DNA of 64,000 nt from an uncultured Gemmatimonadaceae bacterium (GCA_963843845.1 CAWJMB010000002.1:3040001-3104000), one strand, 5' to 3'. Positions 1 through 15,579 are shown, counted from the stretch's first letter. Numbers and translations: made by a program. Notes: generated by a model not told the origin, from the sequence alone.

Positions 1-927
1 GGGTTCTACGCGATCGGCTGGGACGGGCGCGACCAGCGGCTCTACGCCTGCTCCAGCGGCAATCGCGTGTATCGCATCGACACGAGCGACCCGAACGGCG
101 ACGGCATCGTCGAGCCGGGCGAGGTCGCGTTCCAGTTCACGGTTCAGTCCTGCATCGACGGGTTCGCGTTCGACGGCGCGGACCGCACCGCGTGGGCGAG
201 CGGCGACGCCGCCTCCACGCTCCAACACTACTCGCTCGCGGGCACGCTCATCGGGACGCACTCCGTGAGCGGTCTGCTCGGCGGTAATGGGAACTCGGGG
301 ATCGCCGCCGGCGGCGGGAATCTGTATCTCGCGAACAACGGCGGCTCGCAGATCTACGTCGCGAACAAGCCGCCGACGACGAGCACGCTGTTCGCCACCT
401 TCCCGCGCCGCATCGAGGATCTCGAGTGCGACGACCTCACCTTCCGCAGCGAGGGGATCGCCGTCATCTGGCAGCAGGACGCCTATGACCGCGACATCCA
501 GGCGTACGCGATCGAGCCCGGCGCGTGCCCCTTCGGCGGCCTCGCAGCGACGGCCGTCGTCATGGACGTGCAGCCGAACCAGATCAGCCTCGCCAACAAC
601 CCGATCGTCAACGTCATCCTGATCTCGAACGGGATCTTCGACGCGACGACGGCGAATCTCGCGAACATCCGCTTCGTGGTCGATGGGAACACCGCCGCCG
701 GCGCGAGCGTCGCGCGGCGTGGCACGGGCGCCGGCGCTCCCTTCATCACGTCGACGGCCGACTACAATCGCGACGGCCGCCTCGATCGGCTGCTCACGTT
801 CAACACGAGCGCGCTGCGCGCCGCCGGCCTCACGACGAGCTCCACGAACTTCGTCGTCCAGGATCTCACGAGCGCGTCCGGCAAGTTCAACGCGAGCGAC
901 ACGGTCATCCCGACGATCGTTCCGTAG
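1..927 (+). CDS. 5'-truncated extracellular-type protein with propeller-like region and C-terminal domain carrying a DxNxDG Ca-binding-like motif
   Basis: Frame is open from base 1 (GFYAIGWDGRDQRLY...). Contains DPNGDG and DYNRDGRLDRLLTF. Strong GC3 codon bias; ends at TAG 925-927. Confidence 0.7.
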   Translation, partial: GFYAIGWDGRDQRLYACSSGNRVYRIDTSDPNGDGIVEPGEVAFQFTVQSCIDGFAFDGADRTAWASGDAASTLQHYSLAGTLIGTHSVSGLLGGNGNSGIAAGGGNLYLANNGGSQIYVANKPPTTSTLFATFPRRIEDLECDDLTFRSEGIAVIWQQDAYDRDIQAYAIEPGACPFGGLAATAVVMDVQPNQISLANNPIVNVILISNGIFDATTANLANIRFVVDGNTAAGASVARRGTGAGAPFITSTADYNRDGRLDRLLTFNTSALRAAGLTTSSTNFVVQDLTSASGKFNASDTVIPTIVP

Positions 928-967
928 CTCCGTCGCTCCGTCGGCCCGTAGTCCGGTAGTTCCGTCG
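920..967. repeat. Degenerate 8-bp tandem repeat (about 6 units, YYCCGTMG-like)
   Basis: Units read directly: ttccgtag ctccgtcg ctccgtcg gcccgtag tccggtag ttccgtcg. Confidence 0.7.
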
Positions 968-1046
968 TCCCGGAATTCGCAGGCGCCGGCCCATCCGGCG
1001 CCACCGCGATCGATGCAGCCTCACCCACTTTCTCACTGGAATCGTC

Positions 1047-1622
1047 ATGCGTCCACCCATGCGCCTTGTCCTGGCCGCTGCAGCGCTCGCGCTCGGAGCC
1101 GCCGCGCCTCGCCAGGCGTCCGCGCAGTTCACGGTCGCCTGCGCCCCCGGCGTCGGCTGCACCCAGCTCCGCTTCACCTACACCGCGTCGGGACCGGTCC
1201 AGGTCAACTCGCTCTCGATCTCGCTGTTCAACACGCCGTTCACCCTCGTCTCGGGCTTCGCGCCGGGAATCGGGACATACACGGCGGTCGACGCGATCGG
1301 TGCGTTCGGCGGCTTCTCGGCGATCGATGCGACCGGTAAGCAGATCGACATCGACTTCGCCGGTGGCGCCGGCTTTCCGTTCGAGCTGACCGCAGCCGGT
1401 GAGAGCGGCTATGTGCAGCTCGAGGGAACGTTCAACACGCCCACCTTGCCCGACGGCCTCGTGGCGAACATCACGCTCACGCCCCCGAACGGTGCGCCGA
1501 TCACGGGGACGGCGACGCTCGGACCCGCGGTCTCCTCCGTGCCCGAGCCGGCGACCGTCCTGCTCATGGCGACCGGACTCGGCGTCGTCGGCATCATCGC
1601 CCGCCGCCGTCGCAGCCGCTAA
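1047..1622 (+). CDS. PEP-CTERM sorting-domain protein
   Basis: Signal peptide (…ASA|Q). C-terminal VPEPATVLLMATGLGVVGIIARRRRSR = PEP motif, TM helix and basic tail. Confidence 0.92.
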   Translation: MRPPMRLVLAAAALALGAAAPRQASAQFTVACAPGVGCTQLRFTYTASGPVQVNSLSISLFNTPFTLVSGFAPGIGTYTAVDAIGAFGGFSAIDATGKQIDIDFAGGAGFPFELTAAGESGYVQLEGTFNTPTLPDGLVANITLTPPNGAPITGTATLGPAVSSVPEPATVLLMATGLGVVGIIARRRRSR

Positions 1623-1644
1623 TCCAGGTGTGATCGTTCGGTCA

Positions 1645-1706
1645 CCCCGAACGGAACGCGCGGGCCGCTCGAGCACATCCGAGCGGCCCGCGCGTTCCGT
1701 TCGGGG
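1645..1706. terminator. 27-bp perfect inverted repeat between convergent genes (bidirectional terminator-like)
   Basis: 1645-1671 ccccgaacggaacgcgcgggccgctcg is the exact reverse complement of 1680-1706; 8-nt loop. Confidence 0.75.
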
Positions 1707-1713
1707 ACCGCGC

Positions 1714-2829
1714 TCACGGAGTGGAGCCGGCCGGCGAGACCGCGCGGCGTGAGCGCACGGCGTCGGCGACGGGGGTGAACGAGGCCGCGTGGATCGTGTT
1801 CGGATACAGCGTCCGCAGATGAGCGGCGAGTCGTCCGAGCGGGACGACGCGCGCCCTCCGACCGATGATGTCACGTACGCTCGCCATCACGCGCCGCTCG
1901 AGCGTCGCTCGATCGGGCGACGTGCCGGCGAGCGACATGAAGCCAGTCGCCGTCAGCGCGTCGCGCACGGCGCGCGCCGCCGCCGTGCGCAGCGAATCGT
2001 CTTCGAGTGCCGTCAGCGAGACGCCACGCTGCCGCGCCAGGCCCACCACGAGCGCCCGCCGCGCCGATTGCCGCACCACACTCTCGACGTCGGCATCCGA
2101 CCCGGCCGCGAGCGCCCGGCGCGTGAGCGGCGGCTGCAGCGCGAGCAACGCCGCGAATTCCCGCGCCGTCACCGCACCGTCCCGGAAGGTCGCGAGCGTG
2201 TCGTCGACGGCGGGTGCGGCGGTCGACGAGGCGATCTGGCGCGCGCGGGCGATGGACCCTGAAGCCAGGCGCACGTTCGCCCCACCCTCGAGCGAGTCGA
2301 TGTACGCGGACTCCGCGATCCGCAACGCGCGATCCTCGTCCATCTCCCGCTTCTCTTCCGCGATCCGGCGGTCGAACGCGTCTGCCGCGTTCCGCGGGCG
2401 CTCCTCGTCGCGGTCGCCGCCTCGGTTCTCGCGTTCGGCCTTCTGCACGGCCTCGAACACCGCACGGCCGGGCACCGCGACCGAGCGCAGCTTCACCGCG
2501 ACCGCCTGCTCGCGCTCGGGGACGATGTACTGTTCGATGCGGAACGCGCTCAGCGCCGTATCCGACGCCGCGGCGGCCGTCGCGAGCAGCGCATAGTCGG
2601 TCCACAGGTCGGCGAGCGCCTGCACCTCGAGCGTGTCGCCACGACTGCGCGGGGCGATCAGCAGCAGCGACGTCGCGCTGTCGACGTCGAGGGAGAGGTC
2701 GCCCGCCTGCGCGACGACGCCGTCGCTCGCCGCCTCCGATCGAGCACATGCGCCGAGCGCCGCGGCGAGCGCGCAGAGCAGCAGCAACCGTTCGATGCGG
2801 CCGGGCGCACGGCTTCTCTCTTTCATCAC
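1714..2829 (-). CDS. Putative lipoprotein, possibly a SurA/PrsA-like chaperone scaffold without an obvious rotamase domain
   Basis: Lipobox-like LLLLCALAAALGA|C; helical Ala-rich body; VVAQAGDLSL start is reminiscent of SurA N-domains (weak). Confidence 0.55.
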   Translation of the reverse strand: MMKERSRAPGRIERLLLLCALAAALGACARSEAASDGVVAQAGDLSLDVDSATSLLLIAPRSRGDTLEVQALADLWTDYALLATAAAASDTALSAFRIEQYIVPEREQAVAVKLRSVAVPGRAVFEAVQKAERENRGGDRDEERPRNAADAFDRRIAEEKREMDEDRALRIAESAYIDSLEGGANVRLASGSIARARQIASSTAAPAVDDTLATFRDGAVTAREFAALLALQPPLTRRALAAGSDADVESVVRQSARRALVVGLARQRGVSLTALEDDSLRTAAARAVRDALTATGFMSLAGTSPDRATLERRVMASVRDIIGRRARVVPLGRLAAHLRTLYPNTIHAASFTPVADAVRSRRAVSPAGSTP

Positions 2830-2938
2830 GTCGATCTCCGGCTGGAAGGAGCGACCACGAGTCGCGAACCGCTCGCCTCTGGTGCGTGCTGCGAGCGGTC
2901 ACAAAGTACGCCGTGCGGCCGATCTCCGCAGCGGAGCG

Positions 2939-5618
2939 TCAGCGCCGCCGCCGCTTCGTGAACTTCCGATTTCCGCCCGGCGGCCCGCCGCGCGGCCCGT
3001 GTCGCGCGTCAGCCTTCGGCCCGTGGCGTCCGAACTCACGCCGGTGTTCCGCGCGCGGCGGCGCGTCCGCGTGCCGCTCGTCATTCTCCTCTGGCGCCCA
3101 CGGCCGGTCGAGCAGCTCCTGCAGCTCGTCGAGCGTATCGGCGCGCACCGCACCGCGCTGCCCGCGCGTGACGACGAACCGTACCGGCCGGTCGAGCCGC
3201 GGCACCTCGTCCTCGACGAGCGTGCGCGCGATCTTCTCGGGCAGCCGCAGGCGCGCGACGCCGGCGAGCCGGTCATCGCCGGCGTCTTCGACGTCGTACA
3301 CGATGTCGATCGGCTTTCCGCGCACCTCGACGTAGTTCGGCAGCGCCAGATAGCGCGCGCGATCCTCGGCCGAGACGAGCGCGTCGAGATCGAGACGGAG
3401 CGGCGCGGCGCGGAAGTCGTGCAGCGAGGTGACGTCGGCGAGCTGCGCCTCGTACAGGTCCGCCAACTCGCGCATGCCGAGCTTCGCCGTCACGCCGCCC
3501 GAGCGCCGCCACACCTCGCGGACCTGATGAATCGCGTCGTGATTGCGCTTCACCGCGACGTGGCGCGCCTCCTCGCGTGCCATCGCCTCGGCGAGCGCGC
3601 GGCGCGCCTGCGGTGCGACGTCCGTGGGGAACACGTCGACGTCCTCGACGTCACGCTCCAGCTCGAAGCCGTAGTACTCGACGCGTCGGGTGAGGGCGAG
3701 CGGGTTGTGCTTGCGGCGCGGATCGTAGATCAGCTCAGCGTCGCCCCGCGTCGCGTACTGCCGCACGAGATCCATGGGGATCTGCGTCCCCTCGATCGAC
3801 GCGCGCGGCACGCCGAATCGGTCGGCGAAGAAGCGCAGCGCACCGGCGATCGCGCCCCAGCTTCCGCACACGCTCGTCTTCGAGACGCGCGCCTCCTCCC
3901 CCCACGCCGTTTCCTCGTCGATCACGAGGTCGAACGGCATGAAGCGCGCGAGCAGGTCGGCGAAGCGGCGATGTACGCGCTCCGTCGCCCACGGCATCCG
4001 GTCGGGCAGCGGGATGCCCAACGAGCGGTACACGCTCGCCGCGGCGAGCGCCGCATCCTCGACGGCTTTCACGAGCACGCCACGGCGCTCTGCCCACGCC
4101 GCGATCCGCTCGGCGTCGAACAGGTGGCGCTCGAGGCCATACACCTCGCCGACGTAGCCGGCCTCGCGGAACGCCTCGGCGTACAGGTTGTACGCGGTGA
4201 GGTGATCGCTCCCGGGCACCACGACGCCATCGAGGTCGCGCTCCTCGCGCGTCATGCGGTGCAGCGACTCGATGGCGCTCATCACGGCGAGGAAGGGCAC
4301 GAGGTCGTCGTCGGCGTTGACGATGAGCTCCGCCCACATCCGCTCGACCGGCAGCGCTTCGACCGCCCTGCCGTACTGCGTCAGGCGCCCCCGCTCGTCG
4401 ATGACGCCGCGCCCCTGCAGCCGCGTGAAGGCGCGCCGGTACGCGACGCGGTCGAGGGCGACCGGCAGCTCGAGGTCGTCGGCCCGAACGCCCAACGCCG
4501 CGCAGGTGAGCGCGACGCGCTCCGAGTCGCCGGCGAGCTGGAATTCCGGCGCGGTCGGCTGCAGCGCGTCGAAGTCGATGTCGCGGTCGCTGAGGATGAA
4601 CACGCGACCGCCTTCGACGCGCCCGTGCACGCGCCCCGCCATCTGCAGGATCTCGTTCGCGCCGAGGTGCAGCCGCGTGAGCACGTTGCGGCCGCGCTCG
4701 ACGACGTTCGTGAAGCGCGTGTCGTCGATGATGACCGTGTCGAGCCCCTGCACGTTGAGCGCGCTCTGCCCGGCCGCAGTCATCGCGAGGAAGTACGGCT
4801 TGTGCTCCTCGCCCTCGAGGAAGGGGCGCAGTCACGCGGATCGGCTCGCCGCCGTGGTAGAAGCCGCGTTGATGCGCGGATAGCGTGTCTCGACACTGCT
4901 CGGCCGCCTCCTCGACGCCGGCGCGCGTCGGGAGGAACATGCCGACGCCGCGCCGCTGCTTCACGACGCCCTGCAGAAAGCGTTCGTCGAGGAAGTCGAC
5001 CGGCCCTTTGCGCACGACCTGCACCTTCGCCGCCTTCTCCGGATCGAACGAGTACACCTGCAGCACGTCGCGCCGAGTTCAGGTAGCGCGCGTAGAACGT
5101 CGGGTCGACGGTCGCCGAGAGCCAGATGAAGCGGCAGCCGACGCGCTTGCCTAGCGCGAGGCAGAGCTCGAGCTCGGCCGACGTCTGGTGGATCTCGTCG
5201 ACGATGAGCGTGTCGGACGGCAGGATGTCGCCGTCCTGGAACCAGCGCCGCGCGATGCCGGTGGTGACGATGATGACGTTCCACGTCGGCGTCTCGGGCG
5301 TCGCCTCGCGCTCGCGATTCACGACGCCGACCCGAAGTCGGCGCCCGAGGATCTCCTCGGCGATCGGCCGGATCGCGAGCGTCTTGCCGGTGCCCGTCCC
5401 GGCGACGATGCCGAACCCGTGCCCCGAGCGCGCCAGGTCGCGCACCCGCGCGCCGTGCTCCGCTCGAGGTACGTGTCGAGGTGCAGTCCGAGGGCGAGCT
5501 CGATCGTCTCGCAGGCGGCCCGCGTCGGCGCGATGACGATGATGCGGCCGGTCGGCGGCTCGGCCGCGACGAACGCGTCACGGTCGGGAGGCAGGTAGCG
5601 GTCGGTCGGTTGGCGCAT
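2939..5618 (-). CDS. Divergent SF2 DExH-box (HrpA/HrpB-like) helicase; frameshifted in this assembly
   Basis: Stitched across frames (breaks near 5460, 5070, 4830-4885). Motifs AGTGTGKT (I), DEIH (II), SAT (III), FLPTRAGV (IV), TAAGQSALNV (V), QMAGRVHGR (VI), then HA2-like LTQYGRAVEALPV and SDHLTAYNLY. Confidence 0.85.
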
Positions 5619-5714
5619 GGGCGAAAGATGCACTCTGCGCTTTGGAAACGGTGCCGAGAAGCCGTTCAGCCGCCGTGCCACCGCACGAACAACCGGCCGA
5701 GCCACCACGCCGCA

Positions 5715-6928
5715 CTACCGCCCGATGATCTTCGACACGCGTCCGTTCTGGTAGATCTCGATGCGGTCGGCCACGCCGTCGCCGTCGCGGTCGGTCCACA
5801 CCTGCAGCAGCCGGCTGGTGTTCGCGTCGAGCCACATGGCGCGGTAGGGCGTGCCGGTTCGCTTCAGCTCGGACAGGCGCACGAACACCTCCGCCGTGCC
5901 GAGCCAGCGAAGCGCGAGCGGCGACCCGATCCCGCGCTGCACGTCGAGGGCGGCGCGCATCGGGGGCATCGAGGACGAGTACGGCGCGGAGGCGAGCCCC
6001 GGGTAGTCGTCGCATCGGCCGTCGCCGTCGAGGTCGCGGCAGAACCCGCCACCCGTGCGAGAGTCGTCGCACCAGCCGTCGCCGTCGCGGTCGAGACACA
6101 CACCGTTCGCGCGGCCGGGCAGCGAGTAGCCGAGTCCGTAGCCCGGTCCGACGCGCGGATCGTAGCTGGCGCCGAGCCGCGGATCGTAGCGCGGATCGGA
6201 CCGCGGATCGTACCGCGGATCGTACCGCGCGATCGTCGTACCGCGGGTCGGAGCGGGGATCGTACCGCGGGTCGGAGCGGGGATCAGCACGCGGGTCGTC
6301 GCGCCGCAGGCGGTCGTCGTCATCGCGAGGATCGCCGCGGCGACGGCGCGCGACGACGCTGCGCCGCTCGCCGTTCTGCATCCTGCCGCCCTCGTTCCAC
6401 GCGACGCCGCTCGGACAGCGTGCTGTCGGTACGCGAACGCGCGGGTGGCTGCGACCACATCGTGGCATCGTCGTCCGCCGACGGCCCGGAGCGGAACGGC
6501 AGGACGTCGAGCGGCGCACCGAGGGGCGCATCGAGGGGCGCATCGAGCACGACGATCGCTGCGTATTCCTCGCCGTCCGGCCGCTTGTCCCGATCGCGAG
6601 CCCGCTCCTTGTCCTTCCCACGCTTCTCGACGTAGTCGTCACCGAAGATCACGCGCCCACCGTTCGGTCGATTGCGAACGGCGCTCGCACAGTCGGTCGG
6701 CGCGGGCTGCTGCGACGCCGGTACGCCGTCGAGCCAGATGCGGCACATGCCAGGCGGCGGGCGGTAGGCCGTGGGCACCGGCTGGCTGTCGCGCTCCGAT
6801 CGCGCCCGCGGGTCGAGCTGGCGGATCGCCGGCCGCGACGGCAGACGCACCTGTGCTCCCTGCGCGCCGACCGCGGAGGCGGTAGGCACGGTGAGCACGA
6901 GCGCGGCGAGCAGCAGAGCTGATTTCAT
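5715..6928 (-). CDS. Secreted hypothetical protein with PPPGMCRIW domain, DPR(Y/S) repeat tract and DxDGDG motifs; probably one frameshifted gene
   Basis: Signal peptide MKSALLLAALVL; PPPGMCRIWLDGVP…TDC. DPRY repeats continue across frames near 6230. CLDRDGDGWC / CRDLDGDGRC and C-terminal DRDGDGVADRIEIY. Confidence 0.6.
6153..6300 (-). repeat. 12-bp coding tandem repeat encoding (DPR[Y/S/A])n
   Basis: Units such as gcggatcgtacc and gcgggtcggagc repeated about 10 times. Confidence 0.8.
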
Positions 6929-7150
6929 GACACCTCGCGACTACGGAAGATCGCCGACGTCGACGATACGCTCCCCGTCCAAAGCACGCCGGGTGCCACG
7001 ACGCGCCCCCCGATGATGTCTCGCAAGACGTTGCAGGACAACGACTTGGCGAGAGACTGCCGGCGGTGGCTCGTCACGGTGTCCGTGAGCGATGACGGGA
7101 GCGTCCCGATCGCAGGACGGCCGAGCGCACTCGGCGTCACTGATCGGTCA

Positions 7151-8267
<1,117 letters not shown>

Positions 8268-8378
8268 GTGCTAGCAAACTACAGGCGGAGCGGGTACTGG
8301 GGCCGGATGTGCGAATCGAGACAGCGGTATCCGATCGACGTCGCCTCTCACCCGCTGGACGTTCCGCCGTCGATCGGC

Positions 8379-11329
<2,951 letters not shown>

Positions 11330-11459
11330 GGCGTCCTCGAGAGGGGTGGGGGGAACGTTCGTTCTACGCGCCGCGCGCCGCGTTCGTTTGTGCGTTCGTT
11401 CGGTCGCTCGGGCGTTCGGACGATACGCCACATTCGCACATCGTCGCGACTTTCGTCGC

Positions 11460-11930
11460 ATGACGGCACACGCAGACGGACGCTCGGTCGCACGCGACGT
11501 CGCACGCCGCGCCGCGCGGGTCGGTGTCACCCTTCCCGAACTGCTCATCGCGCTCACCGTCGCGGCGATCCTCGCGTCGATCGCGCTGTCGGGCGCGGCG
11601 CGCGTCGCGGACTCGCTCGCCGTGCGCGGTGCAGCGCACGAGCTGCGCGCGGGGCTGCGCGAGGCGCGCCACCTCGCGGTGCTGCGTGCGGCGCGGGCGG
11701 CGGTGCGCGTCGACACGGCACCTCCCGTCGTCACGGTCGTCGTCGCGTCGGAGACGTCGTCGGTGCGCTCGATCGGCGCGCGCTATGGCGTGCGCGTGTC
11801 GGCGACGCGCGACTCGGTGGCGTATGCCGGGAACGGGCTCGGCTGGGGCGCTGCGAATGCGCGCTTCGTCGTGCAGCGGCGCGCGGCCGCGGAGACGATC
11901 ACCGTCTCGCGACTCGGGCGCGTGCGATGA
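11460..11930 (+). CDS. Prepilin-type (GspH/FimT-like) minor pseudopilin
   Basis: G|VTLPELLIALTVAAILASIA class III signal (E at +5); C-terminal ITVSRLGRVR typical of FimT/GspH. Confidence 0.8.
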   Translation: MTAHADGRSVARDVARRAARVGVTLPELLIALTVAAILASIALSGAARVADSLAVRGAAHELRAGLREARHLAVLRAARAAVRVDTAPPVVTVVVASETSSVRSIGARYGVRVSATRDSVAYAGNGLGWGAANARFVVQRRAAAETITVSRLGRVR

Positions 11931-12023
11931 CGCCGCGTCACACGGCCACCGTCGTGCGCCGACGGAGACCCACGCCGAGTCGGCGAGCGTCGTGCGCCTC
12001 GACGGCAGGGCCGTCGCTGACGC

Positions 12024-12953
12024 TCAGGACGCCGACTCGTGAGCGATCGCGGCACGGCGGACCGCGTCGAGCACGGTCGCGTTCACGAGCTCGGGCACCT
12101 CCTCCGGCAGCGTGTGTCCGGCGTTCCGGATGGTCGCCCACCTCACCCCGGGGATGCACTCCACGTAGCGCGCGCACGCCCGCTCGCGCACGAGGTGATC
12201 GCGCGCTCCGAACAGCACCATCGTCGGGCACGCGATGCGCACCAGCTCCGCCGGCCGCCCGTCGCTCCACTCGAACGCGCGGGACAGCCGGGCGATCGCG
12301 CGGAGGAAGTCGGGGTCGCGGGTCGGCGCCCAGTATTCGTCGACGTCCCGCGCCGAGGGGCGCCCGATGCGGCCGTAGGCGCGCCAGAGGCCGACGCGAA
12401 AGCTCCACCGCGGTGTCACGTACGGCAGGATCGCCTCGAACGGCCACCGCGCGAACGGCAGCACGAGCCGCATCATGCCGATCGACCCGAAACCGACGGG
12501 GGCGAGCAGCACGAGCCCCGCGACCCGTGCGGGCGTGTCGGTCGCCACGCGCATCGCGATCGCCGCGCCCATCGAATGTCCCACGAGCACCGCGCGCTCG
12601 ATGTCGAGCGCGTCGAGCGTCGCGCGCACGAACTCCGCGAGCGCCGGGAGCGTGTAGTGTGTGCGGTCGAGCGGCTTGTCGGAGAGCCCGTGGCCGACGA
12701 GGTCGAACGCCACGACGCGATGCCCCGCGTCGGCGACCGCCCGCAGGTTGCGGTGCCAGGTGTACGCGGAGCACGCCCAGCCGTGCACGAACACGGCCGT
12801 CGGCGCGTCGCGGGCGGCCGCCACGTCTGGCTCGCATCGAACGACGCGGACCCGCACGCCGTTCGGCAGCGTGACGTACTGCACCGCGTAGCCCGCTCGC
12901 CCGGCCGGAAACATCTCGGCCGGGGCGAGCCGGCCGGGCAACACCGTTCCCAT
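12024..12953 (-). CDS. Alpha/beta-fold hydrolase
   Basis: VFVHGW, FDLVGHGLS, nucleophile GHSMG, GARD acid, NAGH histidine. Confidence 0.9.
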   Translation of the reverse strand: MGTVLPGRLAPAEMFPAGRAGYAVQYVTLPNGVRVRVVRCEPDVAAARDAPTAVFVHGWACSAYTWHRNLRAVADAGHRVVAFDLVGHGLSDKPLDRTHYTLPALAEFVRATLDALDIERAVLVGHSMGAAIAMRVATDTPARVAGLVLLAPVGFGSIGMMRLVLPFARWPFEAILPYVTPRWSFRVGLWRAYGRIGRPSARDVDEYWAPTRDPDFLRAIARLSRAFEWSDGRPAELVRIACPTMVLFGARDHLVRERACARYVECIPGVRWATIRNAGHTLPEEVPELVNATVLDAVRRAAIAHESAS

Positions 12954-12969
12954 CCGACCGACGATCAGG

Positions 12970-15579
12970 TCATTTCGGCTCGAGGATCGCCGTCGCGCGA
13001 TCGGCGATGTCGCTCCAGTGCGCCCGCTCCATCGCGCCGCTCGCACTCGCTGCCTTCGCACGCGCGTCCGTGCGGATCTCTCGCAACTGCGCGCGGGCGA
13101 GCGCCGGCAGATCGCTCTGCGCGTACGATTCGCCGCCGTCACGAACGGGATCGCTCGCTGCGGCGCGCCGCCGCCCGGACCGCCCGCCCCTCCCCCGCCG
13201 CCCGGCGGCGCCGCCGGCGCTGCGGGCGGACTGACATCGCCTCGAGTCGCTGCACGTACACGCGCTGCAACGCGCGCCGGTTCGCGTCCGGGGGCGAGCC
13301 GCTCCAGATCGCGCGCCGCAGGTCCGCCAGGTACTCGGCGAGCGGATACGCGTTCGCGCGCATCGTACGTCTCGGAGGCCGCGAGGCGCGACGAGCCGCG
13401 CAGGACTGAGCAGCGACGTCACGATGCGCCGCCTGTCGCGCCGGCGAGCACCGTCGACGGGCCGATGCGCGAGACGATGTCGCGCGGCTGCAGCCACGTC
13501 GGCGTCGCGAACATGTTCGCCGAGGAACGCGAGCGCGGCGCTTCTGCTTCGCTTTCGGCACGACGCGATACACGGCGCCCTCTGGTCCGCCGTCTTGAGA
13601 TCGACCTTCACGCCGCCGATCGACGTCGCGACGTGTCCCATGTAGCCCGACCAGCGGCCGATCGACTCTTCGTAGACCTCCTGCAGCTCGCTGAAGTCGT
13701 CGCCCGCGCTTCGTCGTCCACGCGACGAGCTGCGGGATCATCCGCTTGTAGTTCATGACCGCGTAGGTCGACGACTTCACCGCGTCGTCGCCGAGGTCTT
13801 CGGTCTGCTTGCGCGGGTCGCCGCTGCCCAGGTCCTGCGAGACGAAGCGGTAGGGAATCGGGCCGCCCGCTGATCCGTGAGCCACCGGTTCAGCGTCGGC
13901 CGCTCCGCCGTCGGCGCTCGGCGCGGCGATGACGCGATAGCCCCAGTTGATCGCGAAGTCGTCGAACGGTCCGAGGCGGCGGATGAAGTCCTTCGTCTTG
14001 AGTCCGTCGGCGGGCTGCGCGACGTAGTTCTGCCGCGCGTAGTCCATGATCGTCGCGCTGACGCCGTACTTGCTCGTGAACGACGGGCTGCGCAGCGAGT
14101 CGGTCGGGAACGAGCCGACGCGATCATGTTGTGCTGCAGGCCCAGCGCGTGGCCGATCTCGTGCGTGATGACCTGGCGCATCGTCTCGCCCATCAGCTCG
14201 TCGGGAATGTCGAGCGAGCGCGCCATCGGGTTCGCCGCGCCGGTCTCCATGATGAGCCAGTTGCGGTACGAGCGCATGTGGTTGTGGTACCAGGTGATCT
14301 CGCTGTTGATGATCTCTCCCGAGCGCGGGTCGTGCGTGTGCGGGCCCGACGGCGTTGCGCGTGAGGCTCGCCGCCCAGCGCACGACGCGAGTAGCGCGCG
14401 TCGTCCATGTCGAAGTCGGGATCCTGCGCCTTCGTTGGCGCTTCCTTCGCCAGGATGGCGTTCTTGAAGCCCGCCTTCTCGAACACTTGCTGCCAGTTCT
14501 CCACGCCCTCCTTCACGTAGCGCTTCCAGCGCGTCGGCGTGCCGGGTCGAGGTAGTAGACGATCGGCTTGACGGGCTCGACGAGCTCACCGCGCGCGTAC
14601 GCCGCGGGGTCCTTCGGCTCGAGGCGCCAGCGCGTGATGAAGTCCTCGCGTCGCCGCCTTCTGCACGTCGAGGCCGTAGTTCACGCGATCACGGAGAAGT
14701 AGCCGACGCGCGGGTCGAACGTTGCGCGGCCGCATCGGCGTCTTCGGCAGCAGGACGATCGACTGCCGCGTCTCCATGGTCACCGTCGCGCCGTTCGGAT
14801 CGTCCGGCGGCGTCGCCGCGTCGAACGTCTGCACCTGCCGCACTTCGATGTTGATCGGGAAGCCGCGCACGCTCGCTGATGTAGCTGCGCGCCGCGATCG
14901 AAGCGGCGCACGCCGTAGGTGCGGCGCTGCGCGGCGCTCAGCCCCGAGGTGGCGGGGTTGTCGGCCGCGAAGAAGTCGGTCACGTCGATGACGTAACGCG
15001 TTGCTGTCGCGCCCGAACGCCGCGATGGGAAACGCGCCGATGATGGCCGGAGTAGTTGTTCTGCGCGACGCTGCGCGCGATCGGCAGCGAGTCGTCGGCG
15101 ACGGCGTCGACGTTGATGCTCGTACGAGCAGCGCGGTCGTTCACGCGCTCCCAGCGGATCATGCGCTCGTTGAGCGAGACTGCCGCGCGCTCTGGAAGCC
15201 GCCGGTCCCCGCGGGCGCGCCCGACGACGCGCGTGACCATCAGGAAATCGCGCCCGACGAGCGAGTCGGGAACCTCGAAGAAGTAGCGTTCGTCGACCTG
15301 GTGCACCGTGATGCCGCCGCGGTCGGTCCGCGCGCGGTTCGTGATGACCTGCGCGTACGGGCGCGGTCCTCGGCGCGGTGGCTGCGCGGCGGCGCCGGCG
15401 GCGGGCGCGCTCGACGACGAATCGGTCCCGGGTGCGCCACCGCTCGCCGGTGGCTGCGTCGCCGGCGCGGCGCGAGCAGGCGCCGGAGTGGGCGTGGCGG
15501 CAGCTGGGGGCGCGGCGGCGCGTGGCGCACAGCCGGCCACGAGGAGAGCGCCGACGACGGCGACGCGAACGACAGACAT
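12970..15579 (-). CDS. Zinc-dependent metalloprotease lipoprotein (DUF5118/DUF5117/DUF4953-type); heavily frameshifted
   Basis: Lipobox LLVAG|C; KPIVYYLDP; DPRSGEII; metzincin HEIGHALGLQH; Met-turn TIMDY; GPFDDFAINWGY. Confidence 0.85.
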
